From Thermoleophilia bacterium UBA2241 (GTDB taxonomy: Bacteria; Actinomycetota; Thermoleophilia; UBA2241): a DNA stretch of 64,000 bases. This document shows positions 55,927 through 64,000 of this stretch, in pieces. The notes under the pieces are model-generated. The model was given only the letters and a program-made list of their open reading frames with translations. It was not told the DNA's origin and did no database searches. Numbering within the stretch: the stretch's first letter is position 1; each line of letters opens with the position of its first letter. The stretch spans positions 68,541 to 132,540 of the forward strand of contig DDYF01000039.1 of assembly GCA_002347645.1 (NCBI GenBank). Reading direction: 5' to 3'. The translations under genes and the position numbers were made by a program.

Positions 55927-55956
55927 GTCCAGTGTCACCCGAAACACGACAGGCGG

Positions 55957-56033
55957 TGGTGGGCCCAGCAGGACTCGAACCTGCGACCGGCCGATTATGA
56001 GTCGGCTGCTCTAACCAACTGAGCTATAGGCCC
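55957..56033 (-). tRNA. tRNA-Met (anticodon CAT), elongator type (possibly tRNA-Ile2 if the anticodon is lysidinylated), CCA encoded
   Basis: The reverse complement reads GGGCCTATAGCTCAGTTGGTTAGAGCAGCCGACTCATAATCGGCCGGTCGCAGGTTCGAGTCCTGCTGGGCCCACCA. The anticodon loop is CUCAUAA. The anticodon stem is not initiator-like. Confidence 0.8.
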
Positions 56034-56111
56034 ACACGGCGTCATCATACCGCCGCGTGGGCCCGTCGCCGAGTGAGCCCTTCCTGACGCAGGTGAGTCC
56101 AGCGGTTCAGG

Positions 56112-58466
56112 CTACCGGGCCGCGGGAGCGCCCCAGTGCGCGGGTGTGCGGAGTCCGGGGGCGCCTTCGACGCGCGGCTTGGGCGCTCCAGTGACCGCCG
56201 GCTCGTCCTCGTCCGTCACCGGCAGCGCCTCGCCCACGACCGGCTGCCGCCCCTCGACGCTCACGTTCGGCAGCCACTCGAGCCAGCGCGGCAGGTACCA
56301 GTTCCAGTCGCCGAGCAGCTCCATGCCGGCGGGCACCACGATCGTGCGCACGATGGTCGCGTCGATGAGGATCGCGACCGCGAGGCCGAAGCCCATCTGC
56401 TGGAACATGACGAGCTCGCCCGTCGCGTTGCCGGCGAAGACGCAGACCATGATCGCCGCCGCTCCCGTGATGATGCCGGCGGTCCTGCCCACTCCGTGAG
56501 CGACGGCCTCGCGGGTGTCGCCGGTGCGGTCGTAGCGCTCCTTGATGCGGCTCAGCAGGAACACCTGGTAGTCCATCGAGAGCCCGAAGAGCAGCGAGAA
56601 GAGGAACAGCGGCACCCAGGCCTCGATCGTGTCCACCTTGGTGAAGCCAAGCAGGTCGGCGCCGACGCCCTTCTGGAAGACCAGCACCATGAGGCCGTAA
56701 GCGGCGCCCACGCTGAGCAGGTTCATGAGGATCGCCTTGGCCGGGATCACGATGCTGCGGAAGGCGACCAGCAGCAGAATGAAGCTCAGGCCGAGCACGA
56801 CGGCCAGCGCGATGGGCAGCCAGAAGTCGAAGAAGTCGAGGTAGTCGACGACGCCGGCCGTCGTGCCGGCGACGTAGACGTGCGCCGCAGCGTCGCCGAA
56901 CGCGGCCGTCACGACGCCGGCGCGCAGGTGCTCGATGACGGCCTGCGTCTCGTCGCCGGCCGGGTCGCCGGCGAGGGCGACCGACACCAGGGTGAGGTCG
57001 CCGGCCTCGTTCACGGCGACCTGGGCCGGGCCGAAGCGGCCGTCGGTCTTCAGGGCGTCCTGCAGGCGGGCGACGCCGCCGGTGACGGCGGCCGAACCCG
57101 CCGGCCCGTCGACGACGATCTGCACGGGGTTCGCCTTGCCCAGCGAGAAGGCGCGGTCGAGGATGTCCCAGCCCTGCTTGGCGTACTGGTCGTCCGGGTA
57201 GCCGGTCGCCGTCATCGCGGTGCCGCCGGTGTGCATGAGCACGACGGGCGACGCAGCCAGGAGCGGGAGCGCGACTGCGGTGGTCAGCCAGACCACCGGA
57301 CGCCGCATGATGCTGTGCGAGAGACGCTCCCAGACGCCGTCACCGTCGCTGCGGCGGCTCGTCAACCGACCCACGAGAGGCACACGCAGCGCGTTCACGC
57401 GGTCGCCGAGCACGCTCGTGGCGGCGGGCAGCAGAGTGAGCGTGGCGAGCAGCGTCGTGAAGACGACGAGCATGACGCCCACGCCCATGCTGATGGTGAT
57501 GTCGACCGGGACGATCGCCATGCCGACCATCGCGAGCACGACGGTCATGCCGCTGAAGAAGATGGCCCGGCTGGCCGTCGCCCCCGTGGCGGCGATGGCG
57601 TCGACCTTCTCGAGGCCGCGCTCGCGCTCCTCGCGGTAACGGCTGATGAAGAAGAGCGTGTAGTCGATGCCGACCGCAAGACCCATAGTGGTCAGGATGT
57701 TCAGCATGAAGATGTTCATCGGGTAGATCTGGCCGATGAGCCCCGTGAGCGCCAGCGCCATGACGATGCTGATGACGCTGATCACCAGCGGCATGACCGC
57801 CGCCAGGACGGCGCCGAACACGACGAGCAGGACGACGAGTGCGACCGGCACGCCGAAGATCTCAGCCCTCGCCATGTCGCTCTTGGCGAGCTCGTTGCCC
57901 ATTTGGTTCAGGCTGGCCTCGCCGGTCTGCGCGAGGGTGAAGCCCTCGGCGCGGCTGGTGGCGCCGCTCGCGTCGACCAGCTCGTGCAGCCTCGCGACGT
58001 TCTCGAGCGCGTGGTCGGTGTCGCCGGCGAGCACGACGGCGACGAGGGTCCTGGTCTTGTCCCGCGACACCATCGTGGGGTCGCCGGTCATGTAGTAGTC
58101 GGAGGCGACCTCGACGACCGACGGGCCGAGCGCCTGGATCCTGTCGGTGAGGCCCGTCACGTACGCCTTGTAGGCGGGGTCGTCGACGGTGCCGGTGGCT
58201 GAACTGACGATGACGAAGTCGGTCATCCGCTTCTGCCCCGTCAGGCGGTCCTCCATCAGTTTCAGCCCGATCGCGCTGTCGGGCTGCTCGCCGTGCTGCT
58301 CCATCTTCGAGGTGAGACCGCTCCCCAGCAGCGAGCTCACGCTCAGCACGGCTGCGACGAGGACCGCCAGCCAGACTGCGATCGTGCGCCGCGGATGAGC
58401 GGCGCAGCCGCGCGCGAGGCGCTCGGTGAAGCCCGGACGGTCCTTGCGTGTGGTGCTGCGTGACAT
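56112..58466 (-). CDS. MMPL-family (RND superfamily) membrane transporter
   Basis: About 785 aa from the internal ATG MSRSTTRKD, behind an AGGGGAG Shine-Dalgarno. It has two bundles of six transmembrane helices with large periplasmic loops and MMPL blocks such as GIDYTLFFISRYREE. Confidence 0.85.
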   Translation of the reverse strand: MSRSTTRKDRPGFTERLARGCAAHPRRTIAVWLAVLVAAVLSVSSLLGSGLTSKMEQHGEQPDSAIGLKLMEDRLTGQKRMTDFVIVSSATGTVDDPAYKAYVTGLTDRIQALGPSVVEVASDYYMTGDPTMVSRDKTRTLVAVVLAGDTDHALENVARLHELVDASGATSRAEGFTLAQTGEASLNQMGNELAKSDMARAEIFGVPVALVVLLVVFGAVLAAVMPLVISVISIVMALALTGLIGQIYPMNIFMLNILTTMGLAVGIDYTLFFISRYREERERGLEKVDAIAATGATASRAIFFSGMTVVLAMVGMAIVPVDITISMGVGVMLVVFTTLLATLTLLPAATSVLGDRVNALRVPLVGRLTSRRSDGDGVWERLSHSIMRRPVVWLTTAVALPLLAASPVVLMHTGGTAMTATGYPDDQYAKQGWDILDRAFSLGKANPVQIVVDGPAGSAAVTGGVARLQDALKTDGRFGPAQVAVNEAGDLTLVSVALAGDPAGDETQAVIEHLRAGVVTAAFGDAAAHVYVAGTTAGVVDYLDFFDFWLPIALAVVLGLSFILLLVAFRSIVIPAKAILMNLLSVGAAYGLMVLVFQKGVGADLLGFTKVDTIEAWVPLFLFSLLFGLSMDYQVFLLSRIKERYDRTGDTREAVAHGVGRTAGIITGAAAIMVCVFAGNATGELVMFQQMGFGLAVAILIDATIVRTIVVPAGMELLGDWNWYLPRWLEWLPNVSVEGRQPVVGEALPVTDEDEPAVTGAPKPRVEGAPGLRTPAHWGAPAAR

Positions 58467-58489
58467 CGTTCTCCCCTTTGGTCGCGGCC

Positions 58490-58600
58490 GTCTTCCCCAG
58501 AAGCCGGTCCGTCTTGTGTATGCTGTACACGCGCAGTATATATGGTACACAAGCCTTGTCAAGTACGTTTCGTGTATACTGGATACAGCGAGCAGGGAGG
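58490..58600. promoter_or_regulatory. AT-rich divergent promoter/operator region between MMPL and TetR with inverted repeats (cTTGTGTAtgctGTACAC...gGTACACAAg; GTGTATAC)
   Basis: Seen in sequence. It is the only strongly AT-rich stretch for kilobases and carries nested palindromes typical of TetR operators. Confidence 0.4.
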
Positions 58601-58605
58601 CAGAC

Positions 58606-59352
58606 ATGGGCAGCAGGCCACCGTCAGGACTTGAACGCCTCTGGAGGCGCGAGGCGGTCGACCGCCAGCCGAGGCTAGGTTTGAGCCTCGAGCGCGTCGT
58701 CCAGAGCGGCATCGAGCTGGCCGATGCCGAGGGCCTCGGCGCCATCTCCATGAAGCGGGTCGCCGAGCGCCTCGGCTTCACGACCATGTCCCTCTACCGC
58801 TACGTGACGAGCAAGGACGACCTCCTCCTCCTCATGCACGACACGGTGTCGATGCCTGCGCCGGACCTGAAGATCCCGGCGGGCGACTGGCGCGCGGGCC
58901 TGGCCGAGTGGACCCGCGCGCAGCACCTGAACCTGCGCGCGCACCCGTGGCTCGACGAGGTGCGCTACATCGAACGCGCGGGAACGCCGAGTCAGCTCGC
59001 CTGGATCGAACTCGGCCTCCAGACGCTGACCGACGTCCCGCTCGCGGAGTTCGAGAAGATGGCGCTGCTGCTGATGCTCAGCGGCTACGTGTCGAACCAG
59101 GCACGGCTCGAGGCCGCCTCGGTGCACGGCGCGCAGGAGGGAGCGTTCGCCTCACCTGAGGAGGCGACCGAGGCCTTCGGCAGGCTGCTGCGCTCCGTCA
59201 TAGATTCGGAGCGCTTCCCGGCGCTGCTGCGCGCCGTCGAAGGGGGCGCGTTCGCCCCGGTCGAGGGTCCGACCTACCTGCCGTTCGAGTTAGGCCTCGA
59301 GATCATGCTCGATGGCATCGAGCAGCGCGTCGCCCGAGCGGGCGGCGGCTGA
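58606..59352 (+). CDS. TetR/AcrR-family transcriptional regulator, probably the repressor of the divergent MMPL gene
   Basis: 248 aa from the internal ATG MGSRPPSG, behind an AGGGAGG Shine-Dalgarno. The HTH reads ISMKRVAERLGFTTMSLYRYVTSKDDL. Confidence 0.8.
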   Translation: MGSRPPSGLERLWRREAVDRQPRLGLSLERVVQSGIELADAEGLGAISMKRVAERLGFTTMSLYRYVTSKDDLLLLMHDTVSMPAPDLKIPAGDWRAGLAEWTRAQHLNLRAHPWLDEVRYIERAGTPSQLAWIELGLQTLTDVPLAEFEKMALLLMLSGYVSNQARLEAASVHGAQEGAFASPEEATEAFGRLLRSVIDSERFPALLRAVEGGAFAPVEGPTYLPFELGLEIMLDGIEQRVARAGGG

Positions 59353-59403
59353 GCGCGCCCGGGAGCGGGCGTAGAATCGGGGCACCAGTCGAAAGGAGCC
59401 CCC

Positions 59404-60534
59404 GTGAGCCAGCCCGCGCCTTCGCCTTCCTCGTCGTCGCAGGACGCGTCCCCCCGTAGCGCCTCTTCCCCCGTGCTCGTCTTCAACGAGTGGGACCCGC
59501 TCGAAGAGATTGTCGTCGGCATCGTCGAGGACGCGATGATCCCGCCGTGGGACGTGATCATGCCGGCGACCGTCCACGACAAGACGCAGTGGGAGTTCTT
59601 CAAGGCGCACGGCGGCACGCGCTGGCCGCTCGAGATGCTCAAGAAGGCCGAGGCCGACGTCGAGGCCTTCGTCCACATCCTCGAGGCAGAGGGCGTCACC
59701 GTGCGCCGTCCGGAGCGCTTCGCCTGGGACCAGCCGATCGCCGCGCCGGGCTGGTCCCTGCCGAGCTCGTGCTACGCGCTCATGCCGCGCGACGTGCTCT
59801 TCGTCATCGGCGACGAGATCATCGAGGCGCCGATGGGCTGGCGCAGCCGCTACTTCGAACACCACGCCTACAAGAGCCTCTGCAAGGCGTACTTCAACGG
59901 CGGGGCGCGCTGGATCTCGGCGCCCCGCCCCGAGCTCACCGACGCGACCTACGTCGAGGGCTACGTCGCACCCGAGGAGGGCGAGCCGCAGCGCTTCTGC
60001 CTGACCGAGCACGAGCCGCTCTTCGACGCCGCCGACGCCATCAAGTGCGGTCGCGACGTCTTCATCGGCCGCTCGAGCTGCTGCAACGAGTTCGGCATCG
60101 AGTGGCTGCGCCGCCACCTTGCGCCCGAGTTCCGCGTCCACGAGGTGGAGATCCACGACACGCACCCGATGCACATCGACGCGACCTTCTACCCGCTGGC
60201 GCCGGGCAAGCTCCTCGTCCACCCCGAGCGCTGCGCCAAGGTGCCGGAGGTGTTCGCCGAGGCCGGCTGGGACGTCCTCACCTGCCCCGAGCCGAACATG
60301 CCGCTCGACCACCCCATGTACAACTGCTCACGCTGGATCAGCATGAACGTGGTGATGCTGGACGAAGAGCGCGTCATCGTCAGCAAGGGCGAGGAGCGGC
60401 TCATCGCCGCCTTCAAGAGCTGGGGCTTCACGCCGATCGAGTGCCCGTTCTACGACTTCGAGACGATCGGCGGCGGCTTTCACTGCGCCAGCGTCGACAT
60501 CCGCCGGCGCGGCGAGCTGAAGTCGTACTTCTGA
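59404..60534 (+). CDS. Amidinotransferase (glycine amidinotransferase / StrB1 inosamine-phosphate amidinotransferase family)
   Basis: 376 aa with a GTG start behind an AAAGGAG Shine-Dalgarno. The C-terminus GGGFHCASVDIRRRGELKSYF matches the AGAT catalytic-Cys tail (GGGFHCWTCDVRRRG in human AGAT). Internal His/Asp blocks are present. Confidence 0.8.
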   Translation: MSQPAPSPSSSSQDASPRSASSPVLVFNEWDPLEEIVVGIVEDAMIPPWDVIMPATVHDKTQWEFFKAHGGTRWPLEMLKKAEADVEAFVHILEAEGVTVRRPERFAWDQPIAAPGWSLPSSCYALMPRDVLFVIGDEIIEAPMGWRSRYFEHHAYKSLCKAYFNGGARWISAPRPELTDATYVEGYVAPEEGEPQRFCLTEHEPLFDAADAIKCGRDVFIGRSSCCNEFGIEWLRRHLAPEFRVHEVEIHDTHPMHIDATFYPLAPGKLLVHPERCAKVPEVFAEAGWDVLTCPEPNMPLDHPMYNCSRWISMNVVMLDEERVIVSKGEERLIAAFKSWGFTPIECPFYDFETIGGGFHCASVDIRRRGELKSYF

Positions 60535-60544
60535 GCCGCGCCGC

Positions 60545-61039
60545 CTACAACACCTCGTAGAACCGGATGCAGACCTGCCCGGCCTCGTCGCGGGCGAGCC
60601 CGACGAAGACGGTCTCGGCGAGCCAGCGGTGCTGTGCAGCGTCGGTGCGAAAGACCGGCGCGGTGCGGAAGTAGACCTTGGAGGGGTCGGGCTCCCCGCC
60701 GGCCTCCATGCGCGCCATCGCCTCCGGTGTCGCCGTCCGGTAGTAGCCCCGGTTCACGATGTCGACGAGGGCGCCGTCCGCGGCACGGATCAAATAGCGC
60801 GCGTCGAGCTCGTAGACCGTCGGCCCGCGCTTGACCGACCAGTCCCCGCCTCCGGGCACGACCGTGCCGCGGAGGCGGGGACCGTCCACCGTCCCGCCGG
60901 TGATGGGCGTGAAGTCGAGCACGTCGCCGGCACCGTTGCCGACGTGCTCGCTCGGCCCGACATCGACGCGGATCTCAAAGGCGAAGCGCAGCTTCGGGGC
61001 GTCATCCACAGGCGGCGCCCCATCGCTCGCGCTCGCCAT
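60545..61039 (-). CDS. DUF3237-like beta-barrel protein, 164 aa
   Basis: The internal ATG MASASDG of ORF 60545..61660 sits behind a GGAGGG Shine-Dalgarno. The sequence is beta-strand-rich (KLRFAFEIRVDVG...). Confidence 0.5.
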   Translation of the reverse strand: MASASDGAPPVDDAPKLRFAFEIRVDVGPSEHVGNGAGDVLDFTPITGGTVDGPRLRGTVVPGGGDWSVKRGPTVYELDARYLIRAADGALVDIVNRGYYRTATPEAMARMEAGGEPDPSKVYFRTAPVFRTDAAQHRWLAETVFVGLARDEAGQVCIRFYEVL

Positions 61040-61071
61040 GTCACGCCCTCCGCTACTCCTCACGACCGGCG

Positions 61072-62940
61072 TCACTCCTCCTCGGCCTTGCGGCGCCGTC
61101 GCAGCATCACGACCACGACGACCCCAACGAACGCCACCGCGGCGGCGATGACGGCGGCCCACAGGCCACCGGACCCGCCGACCTCCTCGTCTCCCTCGGC
61201 CGTCGCAGGCTTCAGGTTCACGTACGTGTCCTGGTTGTCGACCGCCCAGATGACCGGGCCCGTCCCATTCTGCACGCGCGCCCAGCCCTCCCACTTGCCG
61301 GTGTTGAACGCCTGCAGGTAGCGCGGGTAGACGAGAGCCATGTGCGGCGCTTCTTCGTAGAAGATCTCCTGCATGCGCCAGATCAACTCCTGGCGGACGG
61401 CGGGATCGAGCTCTTGCGCCTGCTGTAGCCACAGCCTGTCGAACTCGGCGTTCGACCAGCCCGGCTCGTTGTTGCCCCCGAGGGCGTCGGTCTGGAACGT
61501 GCTCAGCGTGAAGCTCGGGTCGGAGAAGCCGTCCCAGTACCAGATGAACATGTCGAAGTCGGGCGCGTAGGTCGCGCCCTTGTAGTTGTAGACACGTGAG
61601 ACCAGAGCGCCGGTGTCGATCACCTCGAGCTTGACCTTGAGGCCGAGCTCGCGGAGCCACCCGGTGATCAGCTTGCCCGCCGTCTGCTCCTGGATACTGT
61701 CGGAGAGGACCCAGAAGCGGAGAGCGATCGGCTCACCCTCGTACTGCCGGGTGCCGCCGGCGCCCTTCGTATATCCCGCTGCATCCAGAAGTTGCCCGGC
61801 CTTCTCGAGGTCGAACGCGTACACCGCGTCCTCCGCGGGCTGGAGGTGCCAGTCGGGGTCGGTCCAGGTGTCAGGAGTCATGATCGTGGTCGCCGGCTGG
61901 GCGAAGCCGTAGTAGGCGATCTCGGCGAGCTTCTCGCGATCGACCGCCCAGTTCAGCGCGTTGCGGAACGCCGGGTCCAGGAGTACGGGATGGCCGGTCG
62001 AGGGCTCGCCCTCGTAACAGTTCAAGCAGAGGTAGTCCCAGTTGCGGTAGTTGTAGGCGATCGCCTCGACGTCGGGCAGGGCGCCGATCCGCTCATACTG
62101 CGCCGGAAGGAAGCCGTGCGCCGCGTCGATCGTGCCCGCCTCGAGGTCGGCAGCCATGGTCTCGGGGTTCGTGTAGACGCTGTAGATGATCTCGTCGACG
62201 TCGGGCTCTGGGCCCCAGTAGTGCGGATTGCGCTCCATGCGCAGGAACGAGCCCGGCTTCCACTCGACGATCGTGAAGGGCCCGCTGCCGACGATCGGAG
62301 GCTCGTTCTCGTACACGCTCCCGGCCAGGTCGGCCGGCACGTCCTTCCAGATGTGTTCGGGCAAGATGGGCAGATACCCGTAGAGGAGGTCGGCGCGAGG
62401 GGCCGACAGCCCGATCTCGACGGTCGTGTCGTCAACCGCCGTGGTCCTCTCGATGCCGGCCATGGCCAGACTCATGTTCGGCAGGAGGTCGATGTTCACG
62501 CGGTAGTACTCTAACGTCCAGGCAACATCGGCGGCGGTCAGCGGCTCGCCGTCGCTCCACTTCATCTCCGGCCGTAGCTTGATCGTCCAGATCTTGCCGT
62601 CGGCCGAGATGCCGCCGTTCTCCAGGGTGGGAATCTCGGCGGCCAGTTGGTTGCGCGGTTGACCCTCCAGGTCGAGGTCGAAGAGAAGGTTGTAGGTCAT
62701 CGTGACCGTCTCGAACGAGAGGGTCTCGAGCATGAGGTTGGGGTTCAGCGTATCGGCGTCGCCGGTCACGCCGATCCTGAGCGTCACGGTGTCGGGCGAG
62801 GGTGTCGGGCTGGACGAGTCGGCGAACGCCGACTGCGGGCCTGCGCCGAGGCCGAGCAGAGCGATCACCGCCGCCAGCGCCACGGACCTGATACGCATGC
62901 GAAGCCTGGTCATCTGCGTGCTCCTCTCAAGAACGTCCAT
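61072..62940 (-). CDS. ABC-transporter family-5 substrate-binding protein (DppA/OppA-like) with an N-terminal signal peptide and a C-terminal transmembrane anchor
   Basis: ATG at 62940 overlaps the upstream CocE/NonD stop by 1 nt. An alternative start lies at 62913 (MTRLRMRIRS). The signal peptide reads ...ALLGLGAGPQSAFA|DSSS with no lipobox Cys. SBP_bac_5 blocks are present. The tail is LWAAVIAAAVAFVGVVVVVMLRRRRKAEEE. Confidence 0.8.
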   Translation of the reverse strand: MDVLERSTQMTRLRMRIRSVALAAVIALLGLGAGPQSAFADSSSPTPSPDTVTLRIGVTGDADTLNPNLMLETLSFETVTMTYNLLFDLDLEGQPRNQLAAEIPTLENGGISADGKIWTIKLRPEMKWSDGEPLTAADVAWTLEYYRVNIDLLPNMSLAMAGIERTTAVDDTTVEIGLSAPRADLLYGYLPILPEHIWKDVPADLAGSVYENEPPIVGSGPFTIVEWKPGSFLRMERNPHYWGPEPDVDEIIYSVYTNPETMAADLEAGTIDAAHGFLPAQYERIGALPDVEAIAYNYRNWDYLCLNCYEGEPSTGHPVLLDPAFRNALNWAVDREKLAEIAYYGFAQPATTIMTPDTWTDPDWHLQPAEDAVYAFDLEKAGQLLDAAGYTKGAGGTRQYEGEPIALRFWVLSDSIQEQTAGKLITGWLRELGLKVKLEVIDTGALVSRVYNYKGATYAPDFDMFIWYWDGFSDPSFTLSTFQTDALGGNNEPGWSNAEFDRLWLQQAQELDPAVRQELIWRMQEIFYEEAPHMALVYPRYLQAFNTGKWEGWARVQNGTGPVIWAVDNQDTYVNLKPATAEGDEEVGGSGGLWAAVIAAAVAFVGVVVVVMLRRRRKAEEE

Positions 62941-64000
62941 CACTCCCCCTTCGCGCGTGCTCCGTCGAGGACCGTCAGACTGACGTACGAGCCGCTCGTC
63001 CCCCCCGTCGTGAGCTCCTGCTCGCTGCATTCCGTACGCGTCGCGAACCAAGGGTCCGCGTCGGTGCCCGGGTGCGGCAGGTAGAGCGGGAAGTCGCTCG
63101 ACGCGACGTGGAGCCGCAGGCTGTGACCGGCCTGCAAGCGGTAACCGGTATGGCTGAGGTCGACGCGCGTGAGCCGCTCCGGGTCCGGCCGCTCGACATC
63201 GGCCTGCCCGCGGGCGATCGCCCGCGCGCTGCCGTCGGGGGCGACGTCGAGCAGCTTGGCGAAGACGTGCGTCGACGGGCCCGACGTCCCGACGGCGAGG
63301 CCGGCGTGCACCGGGCCGGCGAGGTCGAGCGCGTCGCGCAGCGGCTCGCCGGTGAACGTGAGCACGTCGTCGCGCTCCTCGATCTCGCGCTCGTCCGCCC
63401 AATCTCTGACCTGCGAGAACGGGTCGTGGAGCGCCGACGGCACGAGGCGCTCGGGGTCGTGCACCCAGCGCACGCTCGCCGCCTGCGCCTCGGGCGCCGC
63501 CGCCAGCGCGCCGCCGGCGGCGCCCGACGTCGCCCAGCCCGGCGACGCCGGGTACAGGCGCAGCTCGCGCGCGCCCGGGGGCGGCCACGAGGGAGCCTCG
63601 CGCCAGTCGTCGTGGCCCAAGAACCAGCGCACCCGCGGCACGCCGCTCGGGTCGCCTTTCCCCCTCAGGAACACATCGAAGAAGTCCAGCGCCGGTGCGG
63701 TGAGCGAGGGCAGCATGCGCGCCAGCGCACCGTCGTCGCTGTCGTGGTCGTCCTCGAGACCGATTGGGAAGCGGCTCAGGTGGTAGTTCTCGTGGTCTGT
63801 CGCGTCGGCGATGAGGTACTGCGGGCCCACCAGGCCGGGACGGGCGTGCAACGCCTCGTAGTCGCTCATCGAGTACGGCAGGATGTTGTCGAACCACCCC
63901 ACCGAGTGGAGGACCGGCACCTTGAGATAGTCGAACGGGTGCCGGGCGGGCGGGTAGATCGAGAATGCCCGGCCGGCGGGGTCGTAGACAAACCGGTCGA
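62940..64000 (-). CDS. CocE/NonD-family hydrolase (X-Pro dipeptidyl-peptidase C-terminal domain), truncated at the 5' end by the window edge
   Basis: ORF 62940..63920 continues without a stop to position 64000. The C-terminal beta-sandwich domain (...RLQAGHSLRLHVASSDFP...) is typical of CocE/NonD. The N-terminal alpha/beta hydrolase part lies outside the window. Confidence 0.6.
   Translation of the reverse strand, partial: DRFVYDPAGRAFSIYPPARHPFDYLKVPVLHSVGWFDNILPYSMSDYEALHARPGLVGPQYLIADATDHENYHLSRFPIGLEDDHDSDDGALARMLPSLTAPALDFFDVFLRGKGDPSGVPRVRWFLGHDDWREAPSWPPPGARELRLYPASPGWATSGAAGGALAAAPEAQAASVRWVHDPERLVPSALHDPFSQVRDWADEREIEERDDVLTFTGEPLRDALDLAGPVHAGLAVGTSGPSTHVFAKLLDVAPDGSARAIARGQADVERPDPERLTRVDLSHTGYRLQAGHSLRLHVASSDFPLYLPHPGTDADPWFATRTECSEQELTTGGTSGSYVSLTVLDGARAKGE

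Noticed and set aside
1-64000. Mobile elements, integrases, transposases or prophage genes
   Set aside because: None of the supported ORFs resembles an integrase (tyrosine or serine), transposase (DDE) or phage structural protein. The tRNA-adjacent repeats are the only hint of past integration.

Overview
This 64 kb window is about 72% GC and looks like a chromosomal segment of a high-GC Actinomycetota genome. The clade is a guess from the conserved core clusters guaB3-guaA, murI-(membrane protein)-rph-rdgB and ftsE-ftsX-M23 peptidase-ctp-rnr-smpB. I call about 60 protein-coding genes, four tRNAs (Arg-CCG, Cys-GCA, Gly-GCC, Met-CAT, all on the minus strand) and one clear cis-regulatory RNA. 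Many genes start on GTG or TTG, and many abut with 1-4 nt overlaps, which suggests translational coupling. Many long antisense ORFs in the six-frame track are high-GC artefacts and are not reported.

Housekeeping blocks:
- 0.1-2.4 kb: threonine aldolase and an M29 aminopeptidase.
- 5.7-9.7 kb: guaA, a GuaB3-type IMPDH paralogue and a PfkB kinase.
- 12.7-16.5 kb: a CDF transporter, rdgB, rph, a small membrane protein and murI.
- 18.1-25.3 kb: tRNA-Arg, pterin dehydratase, smpB, RNase R, S41 Ctp peptidase, an EnvC-like M23 peptidase, ftsX and ftsE. No ssrA follows smpB in this window.

Accessory regions and the observations I consider most interesting:
1. An M-box (Mg2+) riboswitch at about 9.9-10.05 kb sits in front of a two-gene unit. 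The first gene is a soluble PRC-barrel/MgtE-N/CBS-pair protein that lacks the MgtE membrane domain. An NRAMP-family transporter follows 10 nt later. This looks like a split MgtE sensor paired with an NRAMP-related, probably Mg2+, transporter.
2. 26.2-31.4 kb holds a TetR regulator, a class-III aminotransferase and three translationally coupled genes for an HcnABC/OoxAB-type three-subunit amino-acid or opine dehydrogenase.
3. 32.5-38.6 kb holds an S9 peptidase, a NapH-like polyferredoxin with a GQG-repeat tail and an ABC-2 exporter.
4. 42.2-45.1 kb is a 986-aa secreted S8 subtilase next to tRNA-Cys and tRNA-Gly.
5. 47.3-49.1 kb has a Nif3-like protein and RNase HI fused in a single ORF.
6. 50.9-51.8 kb is a toxin-antitoxin-like pair, a Phd/YefM-like antitoxin plus a HicA/YcfA-like protein.
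7. 52.3-55.8 kb holds OYE, PhzF and ComB homologues and then arr, a rifampin ADP-ribosyltransferase with an extra N-terminal DnaJ-type zinc finger. Four 22-23 bp tandem repeats lie between arr and tRNA-Met.
8. 56.1-64 kb is a divergent MMPL/TetR pair with AT-rich palindromic operators, then a glycine-amidinotransferase-like enzyme, a DUF3237 protein, an orphan family-5 substrate-binding protein with a C-terminal membrane anchor, and a truncated CocE/NonD hydrolase.

I saw no integrase, transposase or CRISPR array. All functional calls come from motif and family recognition by eye, and none was checked against a database.
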